A stretch of 64,000 nucleotides of DNA. Source: Eledone cirrhosa. Its lineage: Eukaryota. The notes under the pieces were generated by a model. That model was given only the letters and a program-made list of their open reading frames with translations, ran no database searches and had not been told where the DNA came from. Of this stretch, positions 41,961-56,083 are shown one piece after another. The position numbers and the translations under genes were made by a program. The stretch covers positions 9,300,001 through 9,364,000 of the forward strand of contig OZ024746.1 of NCBI GenBank assembly GCA_964016885.1, read 5' to 3'. The first letter of the stretch is position 1. Each line of letters starts with the position of its first letter.

Positions 41961-42381
41961 AAGGACTGAAGGCAGACACATTTCTCTTAGGTCAGGATCT
42001 CATCAACCTTTTCAAGTTTCACTTTGATAGGAATTTGAAGATGGAGAGAGAGGTGTGATATATTTACCAAAAGGTGGGTGAAAGTAGCAAAAATAGCAAG
42101 ACTGAATATGTCTATTCTCAGCTTATGTATGTATGTCGGACAATCACAGTCGGGAGTGAGCACTTACCCATAGTGGTCGGGGTGATTATGTATCTATGGG
42201 GTTCCTCAATTAGTCTTATATATTCATCTCTCAGAACCAAGAAAATGGAATGTCTTATATATGTGTATACTATGCATATGTGTTTCCCATTTTCTCATTT
42301 TAACCTCTCCACCTTAATGTTTAATTTGTCTTTATGGTGTCTCCTTCAGCCGACAACTTCGTGACAAATAAAAGAAAACAT

Positions 42382-42600
42382 TGGTGGATTGGCAGCAATC
42401 GGTAGAGCGTCTGACAAAATATTTTTCAGCATAGAGTCACGGCCCATTACGTCATGAGTTCAAATCCCCCCAAGGTTAACTTTGCCTTTCATCCTTACGG
42501 AGTCGAAAAAAATAAAGCACCAGTAATGCACTGGGGTCGATTTAATCACCCCTCCTTCCCTCCGAAAATGTTCGGCCTTGTGCTTAAATCAGAAACCATT
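42382..42600 (+). mobile_element. SINE family 1
   Basis: A and B boxes, core, (TTATTG)n tail. Confidence 0.9.
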
Positions 42601-42659
42601 ATTGTTATTGTTATTGTCGTTATTGTTATTGTTGTTATTGTGATTGTTGTTGTTATTTG

Positions 42660-42960
42660 CTACATAGACATATCTTTATTGTGTGCTTTCACCGCAGAGC
42701 CCAGCGTAGCTCTGTATGCCTTGGGCACTTGCATTGTTTTCTATTTTCTTCTATTTGTTTATTGTACTGAATGTACTCTCCATAATATATTTGCAGTGCC
42801 TAGTAATACTATTTTCTATATGTTCTGTATCTGCATAAGTCTTGGTATTTTGGGGTCATGTATTTTTCTACATACTTTTTTCGTTGTTGTTTTTTTGTGT
42901 TTGTCATTCCCAAGACACCTACTGTTATTGCCATTGTTTCTGTTTTCAATCTCCGCATTC
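42660..42960 (-). mobile_element. R4/Dong-clade 3' fragment in a TTA/TTG-rich tract
   Basis: LKTETMAITVGVLGM...KIVLLGTANIL plus 3' UTR; related to 24537-24800. Confidence 0.7.
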
Positions 42961-43710
42961 TAATTATCTTGTTGTTATTGTTATTGTGTTGATTCTATAT
43001 AACACTCTACAATAGAATCGGGAAAGAGAATGGATAACCTGTTTGGAATGACTTATTTTCCTTGATTGGCACGAGTTGTTTATTGGTTTTATATGGTTCT
43101 ATCTCGTCGTTTCTATAACTACTATCTCCAGTAAATACAATCTTAGTTTCTATTTCACCTATACACAAACTATCACCATCTTATGTTGTTATGTTGTTTT
43201 TTCTTCAACTCTTTATATCTAACATGGAAACGTACAAACAAAGTCTTGCAACCTTATCTGACCAACGTTTAAAGATGTCAATATATTCTATATGGCAAAA
43301 TGTCAACAGGAACTAACTGGCCAAATGTCAGGATAATCTAACTGACCACATATGTCAACACTAGACATAAATGTCGATTCTCGATATATATATATATATA
43401 TATATATATAAATGTATACACACACACACATACGTATATATATATATATATATGTGTGTTTGGGATAACTAGTTATCGTTTTAGGTAATCCAGTTAGAGG
43501 TTGTGTGAGTACTCTGTACTATGGATAGTTTTAAAGTACGGCGTTGTTTGACTTAACTAGACGTTTCCTTAGTTAGGTCGCGAGTTTGCGAGAATTTCCA
43601 TGCTGGTCATTCTTTGAGTAATAGTAGTGAAAGATTACTGTAAATAAAACCCTTTTTGTACAGCCGACCATGTTATTCTTCACTCTTTCACTATATATAT
43701 ATATATATAT

Positions 43711-44270
43711 GTAGATAAATCTACCAAGAGTTTACGGTAGTGTCCAATCCGTATAAAGAACTCAATGTAATCCGGATATCATGGAAAGAAGAGATGCAAT
43801 GAAAAATCACTTTCGGTGAAAGATAAACGGAATACAGAGTCAAGATAAAATATTAAAAAAATAATGAATAAAACAATGAAACAGTTCCTTATATTAAACA
43901 AAAAAAGTTCATTATTTAACGATCGTTTCTAGGATATATATGTGTTAGAATTGGCATGCATATTCAACAGCTCTATGTACAAAATTATACAAAATTATAC
44001 AAACTATCAAAATTAAATATACATACCAACACATATATATGCCGTCTTCAGAAATATTATTTCTGAAGACGGCATATATATGTGTTGGTATGTATATTTA
44101 ATTTTGATAGTTTGTATAATTTTGTATAATTTTGTACATAGAGCTGTTGAATATGCATGCCAATTCTAACACATATATATCCTAGAAACGATCGTTAAAT
44201 AATGAACTTTTTTTGTTTAATATAAGGAACTGTTTCATTGTTTTATTCATTATTTTTTTAATATTTTATA
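43711..44270. mobile_element. PLE-type fold-back (family F) with about 212-bp near-perfect arms
   Basis: Arms 43845-44056 / 44058-44269, essentially no spacer; tail 43711-43844; TA-flanked. Confidence 0.88.
44056..44203 (+). ncRNA. Type I HHR with 115-nt stem II
   Basis: attattt CTGAAGA [44070-44184] GAAA cgatcg TT aaataat; mirror copy at about 43911-44056 (-). Confidence 0.85.
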
Positions 44271-45015
44271 TATATATATATATATTTTTGAAGTTCTAGT
44301 TAACTTTATTTATTTGTTACCTACTAGCCATGCGTGGTTACACGCTTGTAAAAATTATCTCCTGTGATTTTTCATGTTTATATTTATTTATATATATATG
44401 TTGATCAATTCCTAGTTATTATTATATATATATATACATATATATATACATATATACATATACATATATCCAACCTAGTTGTCATCGCCGTTATGTTGAT
44501 CTTGTTCTGATACATGTTGTCATTTCGCCCCAGGATAATCCTAAGCATGTAGACCTATGAAACTACAACTGCTTAAACATTGTTGGCCTAGGTTAAATAA
44601 CACCAACAACAAACTAGTCGCTCTTCAAGCCAGCAACGGAACTTGTAGCTGTAGACAGCCATTTGATGTATCAGAAATAACAGTGAAATATCCCACAATC
44701 AACAAACTATCGCCAAAATGGAAAGACATGCGACTACGTAAAGGATTTCTCGTTTTAAGTGGCAACGTTGTTATAAAGCAACATAGCTGTTAGCACACAA
44801 ATTTAACGACGGAAAATACGAGCTGAAAAAGCAAGCTATGGTGGTATCATAGTTATTAAGATGACGGTTCTCAGGTTTAATTTGAATAGACATCGTGTCT
44901 TCTTTTGTATGACGTCTGATGTAACTATTTACTTGTGGCTATGATTGTCATATTCAACTGTATAATATTAGTAATACACTCAAACACTCAGCAATCTATA
45001 TAAAGATCTTTTGTC

Positions 45016-45212
<197 letters not shown>

Positions 45213-45415
45213 TGTGTGTGTGTCTTTATATACCCACACGCTCATACACACAGACATATATATATATATACAGGCACACACATATATAAATATAATATGA
45301 TATCCTCCACTTGAGCTGAGTCATCTGCAAGGGGAAGTTCATAGATACCCATATCATATCATTTCATATGTACCTAGTTTAACAAGACATCTTGCAATAC
45401 TGATTCAATGATATA

Positions 45416-45675
45416 GTGGATATCTTCTCCAACAAGTGGATATCATCTCCAACAAGTGGATATCATCTCCAACAAGTGGATATCTTCTCCAACAAGTGGA
45501 TATCTTCCCCAACAAGTGGATATCATCTCCAACAAGTGGATATCATCTCCAACAAGTGGATATCTTCTCCAACAAGTGGATATCATCTCCAACAAGTGGA
45601 TATGATCTCCAACAAGTGGATATCAACTCCAACAAGTGGATATCATCTCCAACAAGTGGATATCTTTTCCAACAA
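45416..45675. repeat. 20-bp minisatellite x13
   Basis: Unit gtggatatcatctccaacaa. Confidence 0.97.
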
Positions 45676-46720
45676 ACCATATCTTTACACTAACACTATG
45701 TTTTAATCTATAAAATGTAGTACCAGTAATGCACTAGGGTCTATTTAATTGACTTCCTCTCCCCAAAAATGGTTGGCCTTGTGTCTAAATCAGAAACCAA
45801 TATCATGTAGGTAAAGTTGAATTTAACAACAATACTTTAAGCATAATTCCTTCTTCGGAAATATTGGAAAGAGGAATAGATCAAAACTGTTCAAATATGT
45901 CTGAAGTTTTAAAGATCAAGAAAATCGTAAAACAGTGATCGGACAAAAATGTGGCCGAAACGTGCGAGTTATGCATAAAAGAGAAGAGATATAAGAAATA
46001 TGTAAACTATTTCTATGTCAGATGAGAAATATTTACTAATTGATGTCACAATGAGAAATAACTCCTTACAGATTTGTAGATCATACTAAGACATGTTTGA
46101 ATAAATCAATATTTAAATATTTACAAGAAAAACTCTCACACAATATTTTATAATAATACATTATTCTATATATCAAACTCTTTATCTTTCCATGTTCGTT
46201 TCAATAAAGTAATAATACTTATGAAATAATACTTAACTATTTACCTGAGGCAATCACACATTCTATGAACTTTTCTCTTTAGTATCTTCTCATACTTGAT
46301 CTCATTATATTACAATATATTCTTTGATCTTTTCAACCTTTATCCTCATTCCCATATAGTGGAATGAATTAATATTTATCTATTTACGAAGAACAAACAC
46401 ACGTTTTCTATTTCCTTCTTCGGCATAAACCCAATAAGAGACATTCTTCATCTTACTACACTCTATAATAATAATATATTTTTAATACCTTATATTTTCA
46501 ATTCTTTAACTTTCCATCATCCATATAGCATTCTCTTCCCACATTAGACCCTCCATTGTTAGCTGTTTTGTTTTAAAGCATTCATTTTCCATATTTTTCA
46601 AAATCCTTATTCTTCTTCAGTCCTTATAATATATATATACATAATCTATTATAGAATGTATACATTATACGTGATAATATAATACTGGAAACCCCCCCAC
46701 ACACACACACACACGCACAT

Positions 46721-46774
<54 letters not shown>

Positions 46775-46778
<4 letters not shown>

Positions 46779-46972
46779 AGGTTCAGGACCCCGACGGCAG
46801 AGTTCACGCCGTTTCGACGGCTATTTCTGAGTCCAGAAATAGCCGTCGAAACGGCGTGAGCTCTGCCGTCGGGGTCCTGAACCTTTTCCTATTACCCACT
46901 CTACTACCCAAAGTATCGAGTAGTCTGGTGTGTTATGGTCCACCTGATTCCTTACTACACTTCCTTCGTTAT
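46775..46972. mobile_element. PLE family C fold-back (apex in HHR stem II)
   Basis: Arms 46775-46829 / 46834-46888; tail on + to 46972. Confidence 0.85.
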
Positions 46973-46986
46973 ATATATATATTTAT

Positions 46987-47836
46987 AACAAAGGAATTGT
47001 GGTAAGGAACCAGATGGACCACAACGCACCAGAGTACTCAATACTTAGGGTAGTAGAGTGGGAAATAGGAAAAAGTATGGCCCCGACGGCAGAGCTCAAG
47101 CCGTTTCGGCGGCTATTACTGGACTAAATTAGAATTTTTAGTCTGGTGAATAAATAGCCGAACTTGTCAAGGGGGTACTTCCTTATATGGGAAGATTGTA
47201 GTTGTCAAGAGGATTGGTTAAAATTTGTTGTAAACACAAATCACAAATAAGTCTATCATGGCATTTGGTGGGAGGTAGGGGTGGCTGAACTTGCCTGTAG
47301 AACAATAGGGGAGTGAGTGGAGCGGTCAAGCGTTAAAAGTGATATGTATACAGCAGATTCTAAGGATAGTGTATGAACTGGAGGAGGAAGGTTATAGAAT
47401 AGGTAAATCGAATGAGAGTAGGAGACAATAAAAGATAAAATAAAGAAATAAAAAAATATATTATTTCTTTCTATTATCTTTTATTGTCTCCTACTCTCAT
47501 TCGATTTACCTATTCTATCACCTCCCTGCTCCAGTTCATACACTATCCTTAGAATCTGCTGTATACATATCACTTTCAACGCTTGACCGGCTCCACTCAT
47601 CCCCCTATTGTACTACAGGCAAGTTCAGCCACCCCTACCGCCCACCAAATGCCATAATAGACTTATTTGTGTTTACAACAAATTTTAACCAATCCTCTTG
47701 ACAACTAGAATCTTCCTATATAAGGAAGTACCCCCTTGACAAGTTCGGCTATTTATTCACCAGGCTAAAAATTCTAATTTAGTTCAGAAATAGCCGTCGA
47801 AACGGCTTGAGCTCTGCCGTCGGGGCCATACTTTTT

Positions 47837-47841
<5 letters not shown>
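46987..47841. mobile_element. Long PLE family C fold-back (about 380-bp arms) with two complete HHRs
   Basis: Arms about 47066-47447 / 47465-47841; HHRs 47081-47174 (-) and 47732-47825 (+). Confidence 0.9.
47732..47825 (+). ncRNA. HHR with U3-A8 core, long stem II, true stem III, GUC site
   Basis: cccc TTGACAA gttcggctattt...aaatagccgtc GAAA cggc-ttgagctct-gccg TC gggg. Confidence 0.85.
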
Positions 47842-47870
<29 letters not shown>

Positions 47871-49112
47871 CTTTCTAATATTTGTATTCTGGGGTGTGTT
47901 ATTCATTGTACAATTAACCATCTGGCTTACCATAAAATTCTCGCTTGACTGGCTAGCACCGGAAATATGTATCCTGATGGGATATCATTAATTTACTCCT
48001 CGACATGAAGACTATGGATTTGGTTTTAAGTGGTGCAAGAAAGGGCTGTAATGAAACTAAGATTAGACAATACCTGCTGCTCGCCACAGCTATGTACATT
48101 TATGGATGTCATTACCTCTATAGCAGACACGGAGAGAAGCAATAACTCTCTTAGCGTAGTTAGCTGAATAATTCTAGCAATGTCAACAGAATATCTAAGG
48201 AATAAGAAGTTCAAGTTTAAAGTGATGACAGAAATGTGCGTGAACAAGTTTCTACTGGAATGGCTTGATCTCCGGCCCTTATTTTTACTGAATCCGACAT
48301 TATAATGACTTTGCCAACTAGCCTTCGTCATGAAACTACTATTTTGAAATTTTGTGTGTGTCTGGATGAGCCAGTGTGTATGTGTGTGTATGTGTGTGTC
48401 TGCTTGTGTGTCCCTGTGTGTGTGTACGTGTGTGTGCCTGTGTGCGTCTGTTTGTGCCTCTGTGAGCCTGTTTCAGCCTATGTGTGCTTGTGTGTGTGTA
48501 CGTGTGTACGTATATAGACATATTATCTTTGTAAGTACATGTGCGTGCACGCATGTGTACTTTTATTGACGATGTTTCACCTTCCGACCTACGTAGCTGT
48601 TCCAATGTATTCCTCTCCTCCCATGCCTCCCATGTCATCGGAGATGAGAAAAAGAAATTGAAGCATTCACGTAAGCTATAAGGTCAAGCATGTCGAATAA
48701 AACTATATACATTCTACACTTGCAATTGAGTTCTCTGCTAAGCTGAATCTTGTTTTCTTCATTAAGAATTATACACACATACTCAATACATACATACACT
48801 CAAGCACACACCCCCACTCATATACACACACAACCACACATACATACATACACACACATACATAAACGTTCCACAGCATCTTGTAGAAATAATAGTTTAC
48901 AAAACAGTCGTCTTAGCAGCAGTAAGTAGTCGGTACAGAACTTCTTGACGATTTAACAAACATTGTAATCTTTACCTTAGTGTAGCATCATTTCAATAAA
49001 ATTGTTACAATACATACAATATTATCAGAGTGGTATCTCGAAAGGTTAATGTTCTAAGAATATTCCTTAAATAACTTATGTGCAACTACATCTTTTAAGA
49101 GGTTTTTCAATG

Positions 49113-49262
49113 ATTTCTAGTTTAGGCAGAAGGCCAAAACTTTTAAGGCAGGGGAAAGTTGGTTATATCGATCCTAGTACTCGACAGGTATTTTTTTCTA
49201 TCGACCTAGGGAGGATGAAAGGCAACGTTGACATCGGTGGAATTTGAAACCAGAAACGTAGA
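49113..49262 (-). mobile_element. Old SINE family 1 copy
   Basis: tatcgacc...ggatgaaaggcaa core on minus. Confidence 0.8.
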
Positions 49263-49599
49263 AAGGTGAAAAGCAAATAGAATGTCATGGCAAATGCTCT
49301 GTAGATGGTTCATTAATTTGTCCTGCTTGATTGCATTGTTTACCTAGGTTCCTTATAAGTGGTCACGGTAGACAAACCAAGATAATTTTCTTGAATATAA
49401 ATACTTTCAGTTAGAGCTTTCTTGTCATACCAAAACCCTCAGTCTGATCTTCGACTTCTTCTTATGAGGTTAAGACCTGAATTGCCAAGGGCTTTCTCAA
49501 GAACGAGGAATACTAGCATAGGTATGTCACAATTTTATTCTAGTAACTGGATTTTGTGAACTCGCGCGTTTTCCTTATTCAGGAGATATTACCTGAACA

Positions 49600-50700
49600 T
49601 AAATTCTCTGGACGAAGAAAACCAAGTTGATGACCTCGTACTCGTAACCGTTTATCGAGAAAAAATAATAAAGTCATTCATGATGCGTCGAATGTTTGGA
49701 TGCACACAATAAACATGTAATAGAAGGTTTCAAGTATAATATATGCACATACGATGGTAAATTATGCCCAAATAGTTTCCATGTGATACCAAAACAACGC
49801 TCACACTGTCCCTTTCTCAAAGGGTGGTATGGGAACGAGGGGCTAGTTGAGTCTTCTCCATCATGCCAAACATACTTCAGTTCGGAAGCCATGGCATGAA
49901 GGAGGTTTCTCGATATGGGTCGACATCTCCAAGTAAATAGAAACTATTGTTGTTAGGTAAGAAACAACAATAGATTTATAATGTAGTGGTAGAGGAAACG
50001 AGATGCAAAACAGGAATATCCATCGACAATAATCAACAAATATTTCTTACTTTGCGTTGAGTGCAACAGAATCTTAAATTTTGTGTTTCTACAGCCCAAA
50101 CTTGCATGTATGTGATGAGCTGTTGCTGTTCTTGATGATAGCATTATGACTTTGACCTTTGACGAGTATGGTTGATGACCAGGGAGTTCTAAACGAATGT
50201 TTATTCACAAATTTCACGTTTAATGTTGCCTATCGAATACGGAAAATGTTGTAACTAAACAAAACACAAACTTGTAATACAAGGAAGTCGGAAAGATTTG
50301 TAGGGCAAACAGGTTAGTTTGTGAAGTATTATCACAAACACTATACGTCCATGGATCAGTTCAGCAAAGAAATCTGGCATAAGGTATATAAGTCTAGTGT
50401 GATATTTTCTCATTCGTAATCTTTATTTGGTGTTTTATATCGAGATAAGCTACGGATTTCAGATTCGTCACTAAAGTAACCATTCGCTTAAAATGGTGCG
50501 CATGCGTTTGATGGCCTCAATTATTACATAGGCCTCCTTTTCTACGACACAGTGATCTTCTCGGCAGAATATAAAGAATGAGAAAATAATACTATACGCC
50601 TAAAGTTTTCATTAAGAAAATCCTCATGGCACCCTCAGAGGCGTCCGTGTTTTCCAGTAAACACCATATGTTCCTTTAGTCATGACAGATTCTCCAATAT
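49600..50700 (-). mobile_element. Decayed Ty3/Gypsy pol fragment (RNase H then integrase)
   Basis: TDASEGA (50650), VEKEAYVIIEAIKR (50545), NEKI (50415), YLLIIVDGYS (50040), PYHPLRKGQCER..GITWK (49820), in RH-IN order. Confidence 0.8.
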
Positions 50701-50847
50701 CTGTTGTGAAGTCATTGATTTTCGTTGCAAACTCTTCTTCGAGCGGAAACAGTGCATCGATTAAGAGGTCTTATTCTTTCAGAGAAATGAGAAAACATTC
50801 GAAAATAATAATTTATCAGCCATAATATTATGCCATATGTGTTTGTA

Positions 50848-50883
<36 letters not shown>

Positions 50884-51076
50884 ATTCTTATGAAAGGCTG
50901 AATGAGTTGGGGTCCAGAACCCAACATAATTTAAGTACCTGTTTATGTCACCGTTGTAATTATACTAAATTCGTTCTATGGACTGAGTGCTCTTGTCCTT
51001 GGATATTTATACCAAACTTATACTACTGTATGTATGTATGTATATATATATATATACATACATGTATATATGTATA

Positions 51077-51352
51077 TAACGAAGGAGGTGTGGTAAGGAA
51101 CCAGATGGACCATAACACACCAGAGTACACAATACTTAGGGTAGTAGAGTGGGTAATAGGAAAAAGTTTAACCCCGACGGCAGAGCTCAAGCCATTTCGA
51201 CGGCTATTTCTGGACAGAAATAGCCGTCGAAACGGCTTGATCTCTGCCGTCGGGGTCATACTTTTTCTATTTCCCACTCTACTACTCTAAGTATTGAGTA
51301 CTCTAGTGCGTTATGGTATGATTCATCCGGTTCCTTACCACATTCCTTTGTT
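51077..51352. mobile_element. PLE family C fold-back with full tails on both arms
   Basis: Whole element is an imperfect palindrome, apex about 51213 in HHR stem II. Confidence 0.85.
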
Positions 51353-51400
51353 ATATATATATATATGTGAGAAAAACCACAGACCCTCCATCTCAACTCA

Positions 51401-51438
51401 CCTTTTGAAAAGCAGAAGAACTGCGAAACCGGTAAAGG
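51401..51438 (+). ncRNA. Minimal 38-nt HHR with U3-A8 core
   Basis: cctt TTGAAAA gcag-aagaa-ctgc GAAA ccgg TA aagg; stems I and II perfect, palindromic stem III; inside a TA-flanked insert 51367-51574. Confidence 0.88.
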
Positions 51439-51568
51439 AACCAAATAAATATATATATTTTTTAAAAAATAAGACTCCAGTTGCATTTTCGATTTCATCT
51501 CTTTTTCTTTATACTTTCACTCGTGTAGGACACCTCGGTTATTTTTCATTTTGTAAAAAAAACCTCAC

Positions 51569-51621
<53 letters not shown>

Positions 51622-51674
51622 CACATATATATATGTATATATATATGTGTATATATATATATATTTTTTTTTCG

Positions 51675-51910
51675 TTTCTGATGGCGTAGGACAGAACAAA
51701 GAAGAAGCACAAAAACAAAGAAAAGAATCCCCAGTCACTAAAGAGGTCACAGAATGTGTGACGAAAGAACTTTGACAATATATGAACAACCGTCCGGTTA
51801 TGGAACCATCCAACCGGAAATTTATAAATTTAATTTATAATAAATTGGAGTGAAAGCAACTGGTGCATGTGTTTCTTATTGGCAACATGACCCTCCCAAA
51901 GCATAACAAC
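51675..51910 (+). mobile_element. Family D 3' end, HHR 51734-51776 with G5 mutated
   Basis: gtca CTAAAGA ggtcacagaatgtgtgac GAAA gaac TT tgac. Confidence 0.8.
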
Positions 51911-51993
51911 ATATATATATATATTTATATATAGATATATAGATAGATAGACAGATAGATAGATATATAGATATATAGATATACATACATATG

Positions 51994-52066
<73 letters not shown>

Positions 52067-52130
52067 ACATATATATATATATATGTACATATATATATGT
52101 GTGTGTGTGTGTATGTGTGTGTGTGAGTGC

Positions 52131-52206
<76 letters not shown>

Positions 52207-52849
52207 TTGTAACTCTTTAAAGTTTTGCACACAAATATACACTCCTAATATACACAGATTACATTTCCTATCTCATGTTACTGCATTGTAAATGTCACTT
52301 TCCAATCACAAAGTCTTGGATTCTAATCTTACATTTGTCTTTGTAAATAGTTTCTTTAAAGTTACCCATACTTGTACATTTAATCCTGTATTTCATTTTA
52401 CATACATGCTGAACACTTATGTAATTACATCCTGGACACAAATAATTAAGATATAATTCTTATGTTTAATGACTTTCACATGTCATTAACTAACATGAAT
52501 ACTTCATTTTTTTTTTCTTATGCAAACTATTGATTTATCAACATGTAAATTTCGCCTATTGTATGATTGTCTATGTATCCGGTAATCCTGATATATATGG
52601 CCTACCACCCTTGAACTCTAAATATTACATAACTTCAATGTTACTGCCGCCATTATTAAAGGAACAGGTTCTCTCATGTGTGAAAAGAACCGAATGTAGT
52701 AGAGTTAATAGTAAGAGATAACGAGGCAATGTATTATGACTAACTTGGTAATGTTGAATACAAATAAATTTTGTTGAAAATTTACTTTTAAGGTTGTTCA
52801 GTGTCATATTAGATTTATCTACTTGTAATATAGATATTATATTGCAAAG

Positions 52850-53120
52850 TGGAGGAAAGGACTATAAAAGCCATAAAAGAAAGGAAAGGGACCACAAAAG
52901 AAAAGGAAGGGGAAGTGGATAGGATCTAGGGCGCGGTGGTATTGGGGCTGCGCTCCACGGACAAAACTTTAAAAGCATATCCGCGGACAATGGCCAGCAA
53001 CACCTGCTGCAGCAGTCGCCCTACCTCGCGGGTCTCCTTCTTCAGACGGACTGCTGACATTCCGATCTTGCATAGGAGCTCGGCAGTATGGGGTCCGAGG
53101 ACGCCTGAGGCCTCGAAAAT
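52850..53120 (-). mobile_element. CRE-clade endonuclease C-terminal fragment plus 3' UTR
   Basis: FEASGVLGPHTAELLCKIG...ETREVGRLLQQVLLAIVRGYAFKVL. Confidence 0.72.
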
Positions 53121-54562
53121 TATATTTATCTTAGAAATGAGATGTTTTTGTTATATTCCTCTTACGATATATGATAATGTCATCTAAATAGCCGAACATG
53201 CTTTCCAACACGTTTTCACTAATAAGATTGTTTATAATTCTTTAGAAATACGCAAAAACATTTGTAAGACGTTTGAATTAAAACAATTGAATGTCAGTTC
53301 CGAAGGCGGTAAGTATTTCATCCTCAGGTTGCCAGGGTACTCATTATGTAAGCTGACATTACTAACTACTTTGTAAGAAAATATCTTGTCAGCTAAATGG
53401 TTTAAGTTAGGCAGTGGAGAAATATATAAAAAGATACATTTATTAATAGTTTATAAGTATTCAACTACTAAACTTGTTTTGCTGTTGCCGTTATCGACAT
53501 GTTTTTTTCAGTCACCAGATGATGCACTTCTTTCGATAATGCCTTATCTGAGCATTCTAATTATTTTCAACACGACATCGGATTATTTAAACGACATAAT
53601 TACAGGTTTAAAATTTAGTTACAAACTATAGGAGATATTAGGTGAATCAATCGTTAGCGAAGTCAGAAAACAAGCCCTGTAGGTGACCACCAAATTCTAT
53701 TTTAACAGACGAGTCGAAACCGAAAATAACTCCTGCTCAGCTGTCACGTACATAATATAAGGAATGTATTTGTACGTTTTTTACCATAAACAATATTCCT
53801 TTATTGACGTAGTGAAATTATCAGAGGATATTCTTATCTTGTCTTTATAATCATTAGTCAGAAACGTTATATAACAAACAACTTCTTCAGAGCTGAACTT
53901 TAAGCAACTACTTATGTCAAGGAATCTTTATAGGACAGTTACGAGAACATCTAAATCAAAGATAGTGTTTTGTAATGTAGAAGATTTACGGGTAAATGTC
54001 ATATATTTAACATGTTTATTAAAATACCTATGTGAACTTTAATTTATCCACAACAGCAGTACATAGATACGAAGGAAATAATTTCACTTTCATAGATTTA
54101 AATAAACATTCTGATTAGATATATAAATAGACCTGTGGTCAAACCACGTGGCTCCCTTTACAAACGAACAACTATATTAGTTTTTCCAGTGTCTATTGTC
54201 GTCTCATTGAGTGTATTTGTTAATGTGTGTCCTGCAGATAGAGAACTGGCATCCGATATCTTAATTACGAATGATGCAATGACTAACAGGAGGTGGGTTT
54301 ACTTATTTGCATATGAGTACATTCAGGTGTAGTTTATGTTAATAACTAAACTAAAATACTGCAGCAGCAATGTGTGGATAAATTATCAATAATTTCCCAT
54401 TTATATGACTAATAAACATAAATTCATGCTTGCTTCTGTGTAAGTAGACACTGGTTACATGAGTCGGCTCTCTGCAGGACAAACTCGAGTATAAGTCGTC
54501 TAACTTTTATTACTTTTACAGTGAGGGTCAAATCATATATATGTGTGCGTGTGTGTGAGTGT

Positions 54563-54720
54563 GTGCCCGTCCCTTCTATCTATCTTATTTCTCATTCTTT
54601 CTTCTGATGAAGGACTAGCGTCCGAAACGTTCTTCCTGCTATATCAAGCGTTAAACTAATATATTCCTTCCATATACTGTACCGATTGTGTTGTTATTTC
54701 TGTTTACCTTTTACATACGT
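54563..54720 (+). mobile_element. Family E 3' end; HHR core intact but stem I 3' strand deleted
   Basis: tcttCTGATGAaggactagcgtccGAAAcgTT followed by a short deletion relative to 58248-58256. Confidence 0.8.
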
Positions 54721-55890
54721 ATATATATATATAGGTATGCATTTGTTTTCAATGTTTATTCACGCAAGTGTGCGGGAAAGGAAGGCATGTATGACCTTTT
54801 ACGGAGCCTCCGAGATTGGGTGGGGGGTGCGAGTAAGCTATCATGAAACCGAAGACCTGGTTCCAATGTTTGCAAAAGTGAGGATTCCACTAAAAACACA
54901 AATGAGCACGTGGTGGCATTAAACGGTTGAGGTGGTATTTCTATGTGCATGCGTGTATGCGCGCGCACGTCTGTCTGTCTGATGTTTGTGTTTGTCTATC
55001 TATATATCTACGTATATGTATTTATTTGTGTGTGTATATAATGGTTTCCTAACATTTTTCTCACAACTCACTTTAGAACAGGTAAAACTATTTTGACGCC
55101 CGTTTTACCGAAATTTGAAAACTTATTCAAAAGATGTATTTATAATTAATATTCTAATGGCAGTGCCCCAGCATGGCCTCAACCTCGCGGTTGGAACACG
55201 TAATATAGTAATAGAGTAATACATATTAGTAAAAATACAGAAATCCTATTTGTATTTCTTTCTTTAGTCAATAAATGGAACACAGTTATCAATGAGTATA
55301 ATTGTTTCCCGACTTCCATATATATATATAAACTTTATTACGAACTTATATATCAACTTTACTTTATTTCCCTACTTTATTTCCCTACTTTATTTCCCTA
55401 CTTATATATCAACTTTATTACGAATTTGAATTTGTGTTTTTCATACTTTGAAAAAGGAGTCATGATTTTTCACGACGTACTTAATTAGAATTCGCGGTGC
55501 ATCAGTGCACCAAGGTACACATTTAAGGAACCATTGGTATAGGGTATCACCTTTGATTGTAGCCAGACAATATTTTCCATTGCATGTTAACATTATTGTT
55601 GCAATATAAGGTCGTTCTGCATTGTACATGTGTGAAAATTCACTTGACTCACACTTAATGCATACAAGTTGAAAAGCAGCGTGACGCTGCTTGCCACTTG
55701 GTACTGTATACATAATGAGTAATTCAGTAGCTTGTAACGGTGGATGAGATCAGTATATAAGTATAGATAATACTGATAGTACTGAAGATGTGAAACTGCA
55801 CTCTCTGCTGGATCTAGTCATTTATTATCACTGATACAGATAATATGTCTGAAATCTATACCTACTTAAGACTTAAACCATGTGTTACTG

Positions 55891-55971
<81 letters not shown>

Positions 55972-56030
55972 TTATATGTGGGTGTGTATATGTGTGTGTA
56001 TGTTTGTGTGTTTCTGTGTGTGTGTGTATG

Positions 56031-56080
<50 letters not shown>

Positions 56081-56083
<3 letters not shown>

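Noticed and set aside
43845-44269. Fold-back palindromes as sequencing chimeras or pre-miRNAs
   Set aside because: Most palindromes have mismatched arms, recur with family-specific ends and contain HHRs; artefact is unlikely though not excluded for this near-perfect one
45416-45706. CRISPR-like array or repeat ORFs
   Set aside because: Contiguous 20-bp tandem units, no unique spacers, eukaryotic context
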